From NCBI GenBank assembly GCA_030141605.1, contig JAQGDQ010000143.1, positions 186,001-250,000 on the forward strand: a DNA stretch of 64,000 bases. Reading direction: 5' to 3'. The notes beneath the pieces were generated by a model. The model did no database searches. It saw only the letters and a program-made list of their open reading frames with translations, and was not told the origin of the DNA. The position numbers and the translations under genes were made by a program. Below are positions 1-60,101 of the stretch, one piece after another (within the stretch, counting starts at the first letter, position 1; the number at the start of each line of letters is the position of its first letter). Source of the DNA: Tubiluchus corallicola. Lineage: Eukaryota; Animalia; Priapulida.

Positions 1-379
1 AATCCAGTTAATGAATTTGTGAACAATTAAAATGATTAATTTTTCATAATTGCTTGACAATTATAACTTTAAAAGAATAAATGTATATAAGATATATTTA
101 GTCCTTATGAAAATATTTGGTCACAAAGGTGGAACCGACTCCAAAAAAGATCCGCATTGCTGTGTAGCCCTATTCTTCCTCGCTTCGAAGAGCTATATAT
201 CTCCTTCCAAGACCCCTTCTGGCGCTACTAGATTTCTTTTCATGTGGTGTTCGGTCAAAATTTCGAAAACGTCGGGAGTTATGTCCAGGAGAACGCCCGT
301 CCCGCGACGCCCTGGCCTCCTGCGAATTCTAAATGCGCCTATAACACCCACCGTTGAACGGGGGGCTACCCAAATGCAT

Positions 380-625
380 CCTAGCGCCGCCCCGGCAATT
401 TCCCGTTCTCTAGAAATAAGAGGTATGCGTTTTGCAAAAAACGGGCCATTTTTGGAAGTTTTTCGCTTCCCGTTCCACCCGATGGGCCCGATTCGAAAAA
501 TAAACACCAGGTGAAAATCTGTGGGAGGAGACCTTTCATTTGATATATAGACCACGGAAAATGATGCTGTCGTTTGTACTGAAACACCATCGGTTATATA
601 TATATTTATATCCATATACATGTAT
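380..625. repeat. GC-richer interspersed repeat ending in a TA-rich tract (copy at 17020-17280; related motifs at 22250-22660)
   Basis: Shared GCAAAAAACGG...TTTTTGGA.GTTTTTCGC..CCCGTTC...CCCGATTCGAAAAAT.AAC and GAGAC.TTTC.TTTGAT motifs. Confidence 0.7.
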
Positions 626-1449
626 ACCTATTTGACGTTGCGATAATTTTCTTTCTTTCTCTAGGCCTGTTTAATTTTGACAACGTTGGCTCGTTAGCTC
701 CTCTTTCGTTTTTGTTTACGTTATCAGTACGACGCACAACTGAGCTGTTGTTAGAAGACGTAGATTTTTTAAACTGTCCCGTTAGTTTTAAAAATCGGAA
801 ACTTTAAACACGGAATGACAGTGTTTCAGTGTTATTCAAATGTAAATGGTGTATTGGTTAGCTCAAAAATGGACGGGGGATATATAAACATAGTTTATTG
901 AGCGTAGTAGTTTTTATGCATTCTGCTGAAAAAGAGGGCATTACTTACAATGACAACAATGATAATAGCGACAATTATGTCAGTCAGGATGAGAATGAGG
1001 TTCAAATTTTTTGATGACTATAGCAACTACATGTATAATGTTAATTGTTGCAGCCATACGCATCAATATGGGGGGTGCTGCCCTCTACGAAATGCTTCGG
1101 TTTGGAAAGAGATAACAGGTGAGCAGAAAAATGATAGCCACGTTCTTGCTCACAGCAATGTTCTCTTGCGTTATCGTATTTGTTAACAACAGTGTTTTTA
1201 GTGTAGGTGCCAAAACTTGTACTTTACATACTAGCGAATAGTCATTATAGTTAAATAATTCAATTAAATTTTGTGAATTCAGCTAAGCCACACTGATAGG
1301 CATCCGTTTGTGAATCTCTTTTGTGAAGTTTGACCGACAGCCACAGGTTACCTCTTTCTTACATTTCTTGCGTTCTCTTTATTATTTCTCTTTAGAATAA
1401 ACGAGTTTGGAACGTGAATCAAATAGTGAAGGCGGTTCTGTCCACAACG

Positions 1450-1799
1450 CTAATTGTGATAATAATGGTAATAGCAACAGTTATAATACTAATAATGATG
1501 ACGACGACGACGACAACAACAGCAACGACAACGACAGCAACGACAACAACGACAATGACAACGATAACGACAGCAACGACAACGACAACGACAACGACGA
1601 CGACGACAACAACAACAACAACAACAACAACAACATCAACAATAATAATGGTAATGGTTATGACAATGCTAATGGTAATGGTATTGACACTGGTTATAAT
1701 AATCGACAACAACGACGACGACGACAACGACGACGACGACAACAACAACAACAACAACAACAAAACAACACAACACAACACAACACAACACAACACAAC

Positions 1800-1838
<39 letters not shown>

Positions 1839-1935
1839 GCAACAATAATAATGGTAATGGTTATGACAATGCTAATGGTAATGGTATTGACACTGGTTAT
1901 AATAATTGTAATGGAATAATAATGATGATGGTAAT
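1450..1935. repeat. Compound (AAC/GAC/AAT)n microsatellite with an internal 63-bp duplication
   Basis: AATAATAATGGTAATGGTTATGACAATGC...TTATAATAAT occurs at 1641 and 1844. Confidence 0.9.
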
Positions 1936-2604
1936 ATTAATTGTAAATGTTAAGAACTATGTTAATGATAACGTCAATACTAATAGTAATGATCTAACGG
2001 TAATAGTAATGGCTTCTGATATTGTTAATAGATTTCCGTAGACTTTCCAGACGAATCAAGCTGACGAATTCCTGTCATTAGATACTACCGTGCTACATAT
2101 TGCTAGTTGGATAAAAAACTACTTTTATTTTTTGCATCCCAGAATGGGATGTCTACTTGCTCGCTTTACCGTTCTTATGTACAGTTTGCTTTCCTACTAG
2201 CTGTTGCATTCTGGGATGTTATAGCTCGCTGAGCTTGTTCTTCTCAGCCTTAGCAGTTTTCTCAATATTTTCTCAATCTCGTTATTTGACGCTCCAGACG
2301 CTTATTAGTAGAAGTAGAAAGCAGACAATACTATGAGAAAGAAATGAGCTTTAATAGCTTTGATTCACGTAGATCGCAGTGCTATTACTAACAAACGTAG
2401 AACAAAACGTTTCAGTTTTTCCGTTTTCTCTTTTTGCAAATAACGTTTAACTACATGGTAAAAAGAGCACTACAAAGTGCACAATGCTAGACAGGTATGC
2501 AGTTTTTCAACGACGAAAAGTAAACTGACAAAGTTGTGAAATTAATGTTATGCAAGAAAACGGTTTTGGCTTCTAGCAATGTAGTAGTCGCTTGAAAAAC
2601 AATT

Positions 2605-28132
<25,528 letters not shown>

Positions 28133-28171
28133 GATGGTAAAACTGGCGCTTGCGTCGAGAATTCAAATCAT

Positions 28172-28323
28172 TCGAAAACTCGAGTATATCAGCTCATACC
28201 AGGCAGTGATGTTTCTAGCCACCCGGGAGCTGAGCAAGCTGGGGGACGATGGAAACGAGGTTCGTCAAAGAGATCACCCTCACTAAGATTTGCCGTCTTT
28301 ACCATGGTAACCGCTGTGACGTC
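28172..28323 (-). promoter_or_regulatory. Conserved 5'/promoter motif block of TGase-A
   Basis: TCGAAAACTCGAGT, TCAGCTCA, GACGATGGAAACG, AGAGATCAC and TGACGTC in the same order as at TGase-B. Confidence 0.5.
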
Positions 28324-28704
28324 TTTCTTGTCTACGTTGTTAGGCGCAAAAAATTTACCAACTATGCTCTGATAAACAAGTGGAAAGTTAACAAATGCTA
28401 AATGTGACAGACTCGGTTTACGTTTATGAGTAGCATGATGAACTAGACCGGAGCGAGCAATCGACTAACGTTGATGTCAGTTTCGATTACCTGCCTATTT
28501 ACTACTTAGAGTTAACACGTTATAGCATGATTTATAACGGAACTAAATTTTCTTGTTTTTATTGCAGGAAGCGTTCTTGGTTTAACTTTCAAGTTTCTTA
28601 TTAATTAACTTATGTGCACAGTCATTGTTTAATTCGTGTAACTTTTATGAGTAAGAACAAAACTGTTGACAGTGATATTGCATTTACAGGAATATTAAAA
28701 GAAA

Positions 28705-28980
28705 GCAGCTACTGCCATGCGTCCTACTACCCAATGTCCGCTGCCCAAGTGTCATTTCTTAAGTGTCCACTGTCCAATTGTTCAGAACTCAAAAGCTCTA
28801 TTACCCATCAGTCCACTGCCCAAGTGTTCATTGTCCAAGTGCCATTACGTAAGTGTCTGCAACTCAACTGCTCAATGTGCAAGTATGCACTGTAAGGTGC
28901 CATTGCCACAGTGTCTACAGTCACGCTCTTTACTGCCCAACTCTCTACTGCCCAAATGTCCATTGACCACCTAACCTAGA
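28705..28980. repeat. Short degenerate tandem array (CTGCCCAAGTGTCCA-like)
   Basis: Repeated 15-20-bp units ending near CCTAACC; probably a transposon subterminal array. Confidence 0.6.
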
Positions 28981-29467
28981 ACGAGTTAATCTATTCTGTT
29001 GTATTAATTTAAATAACAATCACTATTGCATTTGTAGGTGAGCCATTAGAAATGAATAATAAAAATGAATTCTTCATAAAGAATAATTAATATAAATTCA
29101 TTAATAGCGAATTCGGAATGAATTTTGAATAAATATTAAGACCTTCTGTGATCCTAAATGATACGTGGTGTAGCGGTCAGGGATATGTTCATGGTGAATG
29201 ATTCACACAATGATTTGTTCATAGATTATTTATGAGTCAATCTCGGTTCTTCAACTAGTTGGTAATCTGATTGTCACTAGTTTTTGAGGTTATCTGCGAG
29301 TTGTTGGAGTTTTGGCACGTAATTCAGCACCCATCCTAGCGAATTTGTAGAGTATATTTTTAGATATTTGTTCATCTAAACTTTTATTACTTTGGTTTTT
29401 GCACTGCATTCTAGATTTGGGCAGAAATTTTGGTTATTGACTAAAGGCTTAGCGCTCTTGTTTTTTA

Positions 29468-29477
29468 TCATCATCAC

Positions 29478-29541
<64 letters not shown>
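29468..29541. repeat. (CAT)n microsatellite
   Basis: Direct. Confidence 0.95.
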
Positions 29542-29542
<1 letters not shown>

Positions 29543-30614
29543 GCTCATAATCATCATCATCGTCGTTGTAGTAGAAATACTTGATAAGTTTGTTAATGAT
29601 GATACAGCGCAAGTGTTTTCTTCCAGGTCTATCTTTCTCCACTACCATGGCTAAAGAAAAAAGCCTAACATTTGTTTTTCCGCCGACCTACCAACTTACT
29701 ACGTGAGCTTAATATCAACGCCAAGCGACGCCACGTACCTGGTTTACAAACCAAAGCAGTACTGGTTGTTATTTACCTCGTAGAAGGAGAAGAGCTTCAT
29801 ACACATCTGAACTTAGGTATTGCACCTCTGTTGGTTCAGTGTCCCAATGGGGATCAGGCTTGCTAATGAGACAGATACCGGTCTCGCCACAATTATCCAC
29901 ATCAATTAGCCCTTGCCTTTGAGTGATGTTTTGTCTTCGGCTTGCTGTATGCCCTGTGCTGTATGCAGTTGTATAAAAAATCACCAAAGGCCAGATGTTA
30001 GAAAACCACATTTGAAAGGATCTAGCCATTTTTGAGGTGGTGGTCTGTTTCTAAGGCTTGATTCATCCTACACTATTGATATTTATAAGTATCTCTTCTG
30101 GGGTGTGATTCAATGCCACTTTACATTACAATTTTTTGCTTTCTTTTAAAGATGTAGGACCGAAGAAATATAAATCTGTAGTTGATATACAAAACTAAAA
30201 GTAAAATCCAGATTTTTTAATTAAAAGTTTGTTTACTTATTTTTTAATTGCAAATGATAGTTTGATACATTTAAAAGTATTATCGGAACGAAATCAACGA
30301 GATTGCTATGTGAAAGACTTATACTATGAAAATTTGATGTTTGAAAATCTCCCATCATAGTTGCTGCATTAATTACATAAAATATATTACTATAAAACAT
30401 TTAAAAATAGTTGCTCAAGACAGGCGCGTGCTGCGACATTGCAGTTTCTCTGGCAAGATAGAAGCACCTGTTTGCGACGTCATTGTAACACGGATAACTA
30501 AAATATTGGCCAGTTTAAAATTGTTCATCAATAAACAAAAATGTAAATGTACTACGAGTTAGAGATTTATGTTTTCGGTGCAGAACTAATACTATGACAA
30601 GTTATGTCTATGAC

Positions 30615-53464
<22,850 letters not shown>

Positions 53465-53484
53465 ATTTCTTAATCTGGGGCTAC

Positions 53485-53621
53485 TCGAAAATTCGAGTCC
53501 AAGAATGTCAGCTCACATGGTCACATCTAGCTCTGGCGCACGAAGCAAAACAAACTAAGACGATGGCAACGGACTCCATAGAGATCACTCTGCTTCATTC
53601 AAATAAAGACATTTGACGTCA
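53485..53621 (-). promoter_or_regulatory. Conserved 5'/promoter motif block of TGase-B, including a CRE (TGACGTCA)
   Basis: Collinear motifs shared with 28172-28323 upstream of TGase-A. Confidence 0.5.
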
Positions 53622-55169
53622 TGAGTGATGACGCGTGTAGTCTTCACAATCGTGGATGTTACAGTAGCATTCAGGAGACATTTTGTAGAATGAATCAATT
53701 GAATCAGACAGTTTAGATGTAACTAACACATGTACATCGTTTTCCCTCAATTATATATATATATAGCATGGTTAAAGTACATGAAAACTCTTTGGTTACA
53801 AAAAGCTGAAAAATCATTTTGAAATTGTATCACATTCATACTGTTTTATTGCACTCTGCGCTCAACCGCCTACACTACACTTATCATTCTCGATCATTAA
53901 CCATTTCGATTAGCCCAGTACTCATTAAGCGTATAACTTCTTCCCGTTGATACTAATCATCAGCATATTGTTTACTGTAATTACTGCTAGCTGTTATCGA
54001 ATTGCGTTCCCAACAGGAGTACCAAGAGGCTATCATTACTACTGCTGATATAGTAGCTATTTTCAATGTGCCAATAAGTATAGCGTAAGCCCGTGACCTT
54101 TGCAAGGATAACCTTAATTCTCTTGATGTGAAAAATTTGTCAAAGGCCTATATAACTCCAACAGACATTGAAGTTTTTTAACGCGTTATTATGATTACTC
54201 AAATAATTCATAATTATTATTAAACAAAAGATAATTATAAATTAAATAATCTTACCTTCGTCTGGCGAATTTCGAAGGCGTGCATTACTGTAAAGATCAC
54301 CATGTTACGTGTCCTTGGGGCGAGTGAACGAGAATGACGTACGTAGTGCAGAAAGCGTTTTTAATTACCGATGTTTGTTTACGCTTAATCGATTTCTGAT
54401 CTATAGCAGATTATTGCATTAATTTACAAGACAAAGATAATTTAGTCTAAATTAACTAAACTTACAATTTAATGATACAACAAAAAACAATAATTAATTG
54501 GCTCACCAGAACTAACTATGGCAGTAAGAAACGTGTAAATACGAATAGGTAAAACAGCTCATGTAAATCGTGTGACTATACCTAAAGTTGACTTCTGATA
54601 TTTGATTGGCTGTAATGTATAACAAAGTTAAAAAAGGTTGAACTAAAAAAATTTCGCAAACGTTAACTAGGTGCCGCTAGCACCCACAGCGAGTTTTACA
54701 GCAAGTTTATAATGAAATAAATTGAATATACGTAATGAGAGTAGGATGTTAAGTTGTAAAAGCTTATATTATAGTGAGGGTTTAGTTTGACTTTATAGAT
54801 TTTATCAGAAAAATTGACAACAAGACCTAACATACTGCTTAAATAATCCTATATACGAATTTATTAGTAACGTTCTTCGAATAATTGTCTGACGTGTCAT
54901 CAGGCTTGAGATTTTTTCACATCTGCAACAAAATATTCGCTGCATTTCACTTGAAACGCTACTACAGGATCCTTCCAGAATTTTGAAAAATACTGTGTGT
55001 TGTATGTAACGACCAAGTGAGTCTACAATCTGTATTTCAGATCACTAGGCAACTGAACCCGATTGTTAAATATATATTCAGCGGCATTGTAAATCAACAC
55101 GAAAAACATTGAAGTAATGTTTGACAGTTCATGCTAAAATTACAAAATGGCAAATAATTTGAAATAAAT

Positions 55170-56700
55170 CACTTCTAAGTACATAGTGCTTAATACACTT
55201 TTGATTTCTGTCACTCTGCACATCATGTACCTATAGTTCCTATCATTCTACAATGCAACTTAATGTACTTAAAGTTCCTGTCACTCTACACACTGACTTA
55301 ACGTACTTTAGTTCTAGTCCTTTTGCGCAGTGAGTTAACGTACTTTTAAGTTCCTGTCAGTTTGTTCAGCGACTTTACGTTTTTTAGTTCGTGTCACTTT
55401 AGCCACTAACTTAATGCATTTTTGGTTCCTGTCACTCTGCACAGCAACTTAATGTACTTTTAGCATATGTAACTCTACACAGCGAGTTTAAGTTCTTTTA
55501 GTTCCTGTCACTTTTCACAGTAACATAATGTACTTTTAGTTCCTGTCACTCAGCATAGCGATTTAATGTACTTTTAGTTCTTGACACTCTGTGCAGTAAT
55601 GAACTTTTAAATTCCTGTCACTCTGTACAGCAACTTAATGTACTTTTAGCATATGTAACTCTACACAGCGAGTTTAAGTTCTTTTAGTTCCTGTCACTTT
55701 TCACAGTAACATAATGTACTTTTAGTTCCTGTCACTCAGCATAGCGATTTAATGCACTTTTAGTTCTTGACGCTCTGTGCAGTAATGAACTTTTAAATTC
55801 CTGTCACTCTGTACAGCAATTTAGGTACGTTTAATTCTTGACGCTCTGAACACCAATACTACTAATTCTTGATCATCTGTACAATGATTTAATGCACTTT
55901 TAATTACTGCAAAGTTGCATAGCAACTTAATGTACTTTTTGTTCTTGTCATCCTGCATGACAACTTAATGTACTTTTAGTTGCTGTTACCCTGCACAGCA
56001 GCTTTTAGTTCTTGCCACTCTACACAGCAACTTAATGCACTTTTAGTTCCTGTCACTCTACACAGCAATTTAAGGTACTTTTAGTTCCTGTCACCCTTCA
56101 CAGCAACTTAATGTACTTTTTGTTCCTGTCACCCTGCACAGCAATTTTATGTACTTTTTTCCTGTCACACTGCACAATAACTTAATGTACTTTTGGCTCT
56201 TGTCACCCAGCACAGCAACATAATGTACTTTTAGTTCCTGTCACTCTAAACAGTAATTTAACGTACTTTTAGTTCCTGTCACCCTTCACTGCAACTTAAT
56301 GTACTTTTAGTTCCTCTCACCGTGCACAGCTAATTTAATGTTCTTTTTGTTTGTTTCAGTCAACGTTCTCTTAAATCCTGTCACTCTTCACTGTGACTTA
56401 ATGCACTTTTAGTTCCTGTCACTCTGCACACTGACTTAATGTACTTTTAGTTCCTGTCACTCTACACAACGACTTAATGTACTTTTAATTATTGACGATT
56501 TGCACAGTAATTTAGTGCACTTTTAGTTCCTATTGCTCTGCACAATGTTTTAATGCACTTTTAAGTTCCTGCAAAGCTGCATAGCAACTTAACATTCTTT
56601 TAGATTCTGTCGCTCAGTGCAGCAGTTTAATATCCCTTTAATTCCTGCCACTTTTAGATCCTGTCACTCTTTGCAGCGACCTAATATAATTTTAGTTCCT
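55170..56700. repeat. Minisatellite, about 38-bp unit (TTAGTTCCTGTCACTCTGCACAGCAACTTAATGTACTT), about 40 copies
   Basis: Tandem diverged units with a higher-order duplication of about 187 bp near 55430-55815. Confidence 0.92.
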
Positions 56701-57029
56701 AATTTTCTTTTAAAAAGTGCTTCATTGGTTTTGATTCGCTGTCGACACTTTGCCATTTCTAGCTTTTAAAACAGTTACTTGTGAAATTATGGAGTACGAA
56801 CATTCTACAGAGCCATTATTTTTGTGTTCTATTAGGAAGAGATTGTCAATGATAAATGTGTGCTAACACTGCTTTTTGTCATCTGGTAGAAAAATGCTTG
56901 TAGTGATAAAAATGATTGATCCATCTTCAGGGGTGATAGAGATGTGAATTTATGGCGCGCGTGGGACTCAGAGAGCCACACGGATTCTTCCAGAACACAC
57001 ACACGCACGTTCGGATGGGCTTCTATACT

Positions 57030-57052
57030 CCACGCATGCGCACTATAAACAA
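57030..57052 (+). promoter_or_regulatory. Candidate promoter: NRF1-like CGCATGCGCA followed by TATAAA
   Basis: cacgcatgcgcactataaac in a CpG-richer patch about 600 bp upstream of the putative exon at 57654. Confidence 0.3.
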
Positions 57053-57653
57053 TAACAACCGTGTTGACATCTTTCTGACTGTCACTGAATAGTGATTTAT
57101 CAACGGTCCATTTAGATATTAACAATGTTAGCGCGCAGATTCCCCGAGCTTATTTCTGATCTATGGCCGAGCTTTGGCTTAGAATTTGAAATACGCGAAT
57201 GACTCAGGACTATACTAAGCAGCAGTTGTAATAAAGCTAATTTGGGACGAGTGCGTAAAATAATCAGAAAGCCACTTGAGCACTTAAAAAGTACTTTTAG
57301 TGTATGATATAACGCTGTGAAATCTTTATAATTTGGCATACTTGCTGGACGAGAGCTCCTCACTCGTTTAAGTTAACTCTCATTTGTTAGTGCAAGAAGA
57401 GAAGCAAAGATACCTCATTGTGGAATCCTTCGGTCAATTTATTTCGTATTAGAATATAGCAATATTTTGCTAAGGTTCTGCTCGGAATTTTAGAATATGT
57501 TATGGTAATGTCTACGGATAAGCGCGCGGCAAAAGTGTGTATGGAAAAACGTCTGTTATCGCTATTAAAAGTTACAAACCAACAATTAGTATTGCTGTGG
57601 CTGCTGTGCTTAGTGCAAACTGTTTAGCAAAATAAATAGTTATCGTCCTTACA

Positions 57654-57779
57654 ATGGATGACGTACTGACCACAGTGACTTCTACCACAAGTTTCATCAA
57701 CACGACAATATGCGAAAATTGTTGGCTTAACGGTTCTAATTCGACTTCCAAGAAAGGGAATATTTTAGATTTTTACAAG
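57654..57779 (+). CDS. Possible first coding exon of a divergently transcribed membrane protein (GPCR-like glycosylated N-terminus)
   Basis: MDDVLTTVTSTTSFINTTICENCWLNGSNSTSKKGNILDFYK followed by a consensus AAG|gtaagt donor; three N-x-S/T sequons; no downstream exon found in the window. Confidence 0.35.
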
Positions 57780-58189
57780 GTAAGTTTGAACAACGTGTAT
57801 TTGCTGTTTATTTTTACTGAAAATAAAGTGAAAGTTCTGTGAGTTGTTGCAGCTCTTGTGCTGTTGTCGTCGTCATCATCATTGATGTCCTCGTCGGCGT
57901 CGCTGCTGTCGCTACTGCAGCAATAGCTTTGCCGCGTAAGGCGTAACACATAAATTAAGCATAACGTAAAATTTATTACCTTTGTTGAACGACAGATAAA
58001 TTTGCAGTTTCTGTTTTTACATTTTCTCAGAAACGCTCAGATTTTATATTTTGCATTTTGCATTTCGCATTTCCATTTTGCAACAGCTTTTTTGTTCTTA
58101 GTTGATGCACGTCTCTGGACTTTGAGTGTTAACTCAGTCATCACCTCAACGCCCTTTGTCACGATATAATTGTGGGATGTTGCATTTGG

Positions 58190-59500
58190 TTAATCACAGA
58201 AAACTTTTTAATTAAAATGTATAAGTTACGCTTTATGTTAAGTTATTAAAAGTCAAGTATATTAAAATGTTAAGTTAAGCCTAGACCTGTTGTAGATTTA
58301 TTTAAGCACTAGCACACTATTCAAACTCTTTGTGTAAAATGGGCTAATACGACATCCGATCCATTCATGATTAAGAACGGAGTCCGACAAGGCGGGGTGC
58401 TCTCGGCCTATCTTTTTGCTATTTATATCGATGATCTGAGTAAAAAACCGTGTTATATTAGTAGAAATTGTAGAACTAACTCCTCTTATAGACTAGGCAA
58501 TGTTACCATTAATTATATGTTATACGCAAATGACCTATGTGTTGTCACTTTTAGCATTGAGACATTGCAAAAACTTATAAACTGTTGTAAAGGCTATATC
58601 GACTGACGTTGCTTTTAACGCCAGCAAAGCCAAATATATGTACTTTATTCCAACCAGTATGCGTCCTTTTGTACTTCATCGCAATGTATGTATGGGGGTA
58701 GCAAGGTAACTGAGTGTAGTTATAGTGAAAAGTATGAAGGACATATATTATTATGCAACTATAGTGATGATAATGGTATTGGTAATCAACTACGTTTGTT
58801 CTATATGAGAGCAAATTTGCTATGCACACAATTTTTTTATTGCTCACGTAATGTTAAATGAATACAAGATGGATGGATGACAGGCAGTAATCTGTTCGAG
58901 CATTTAGTTCCTTGCTGTCATCCATGGCACACAGTGCTAGGAACAACCTTCATATTGACCATGACCATATAATTTTTCTACTTTTACTCAAGTATAAAAT
59001 GTATACATTTATTTTTGTGCCTAATAAATAACAAATAATAGATAAATAAATCACATTTGTTCAGGTCTTACTGTTTTTTTTTGTTTCTAAGCAATAATCT
59101 CTGGCTATTGTATAAATGTGACAAGCAGGCAAAACTTCGCGCTTCGTACATTACTGCCCTCGGAAAGTTTTTTAACCGTGAATACGGTAGGCAGGCGTCT
59201 ATACCGATCACTTTATGGTCTTGCTGGGTAAATGTTTTTTTAGCTGGCGAAATGAAATTTTAAATAGTAGTAATGTAAATTTATCTTGCGTAACTGTTAC
59301 AGACATTCGATACACGGCATTGTGCTTTCGATGTTGGAAAACATTACTAACCTCTTTCTTTGTTATATGAACTAGCCTGTGCTCCATTTGTAGTTTTTCT
59401 CTTGTGTACGTTGTTTTATGTTCTGAAATTTTATTTGTTTTATATGGTACTTCATGATTGATTTAAATCTAAAATAAATAAAACAAAATAAAGTAAAATA
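58190..59500 (+). mobile_element. Decayed LINE RT fragment (L2/CR1/RTE-X-like)
   Basis: NGVRQGGVLSAYLFAIYIDDL...MLYANDL; disrupted frame; A-rich 3' end near 59470-59500; boundaries approximate. Confidence 0.75.
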
Positions 59501-59668
59501 TATATGTATGTATATCCTTCAAACGTAATCAAAATTATATACTCGTTACCGATTAATATTTGTTTCAGTGTTTTACGTTTACTAACTGTTCGTTGATATG
59601 TTACTTAAGAGGTAAGGTAAGGTTTAGCGTGTCGAGTGGGGTCTCCACAGATTGTTGGGCACATTTAT

Positions 59669-60101
59669 TAGGAGTGAGCATTCTGTGCCAGAAAACGAAT
59701 TTGAATCGAATCGAATTTTGATTTTCGAACTCGAATCAAACCGAATTTCGAGATTTCGAATCCGAATCGAATTCGAATTCAGTTTTAAAGATTTTCGAAT
59801 CATTAATAAATCGCGCCTCACAAAGATCATGCATACTACTTGATTTTACACTGCATCAAAAACGCTAATAATATGTTTAAAAATTGTACGCAGAAACTGC
59901 AGCTAAATCTGCGATGTTATTGCGTGTTGTTTCAGACCTTTTAATGATGAAGTGTTAAATTACTCGAATCCATTATTGCGTGTTGTTTCAGACCTTTTAA
60001 TGATGAAGTGCTAAATTACTCGAACCCATAATTACTTTAGGTTGCAATCGAACTCGAACTAAAAAAACTCGTTTGAATCGAATGTTAGATGCTCACCCCT
60101 A
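59669..60101. mobile_element. hAT-like MITE
   Basis: TIR TAGG(A/G)GTGAGCAT; imperfect 8-bp TSD acatttat/atagttat; subterminal TCGAA/TTCGA arrays; internal tandem duplication of about 56 bp. Confidence 0.7.

Noticed and set aside
50-621. Overlapping 154-aa and 142-aa ORFs
   Set aside because: They lie largely in an interspersed repeat also found at 17020-17280; no recognisable protein motifs.
1407-1919. Asn/Asp/Gln-rich ORFs (possible Gln-rich TGase substrate)
   Set aside because: Open in several frames only because of trinucleotide repeats; no splice or homology support.
55170-56700. CRISPR-like array of ~38-bp repeats
   Set aside because: Units are contiguous with no unique spacers, there are no cas genes, and the context is eukaryotic; it is a minisatellite.
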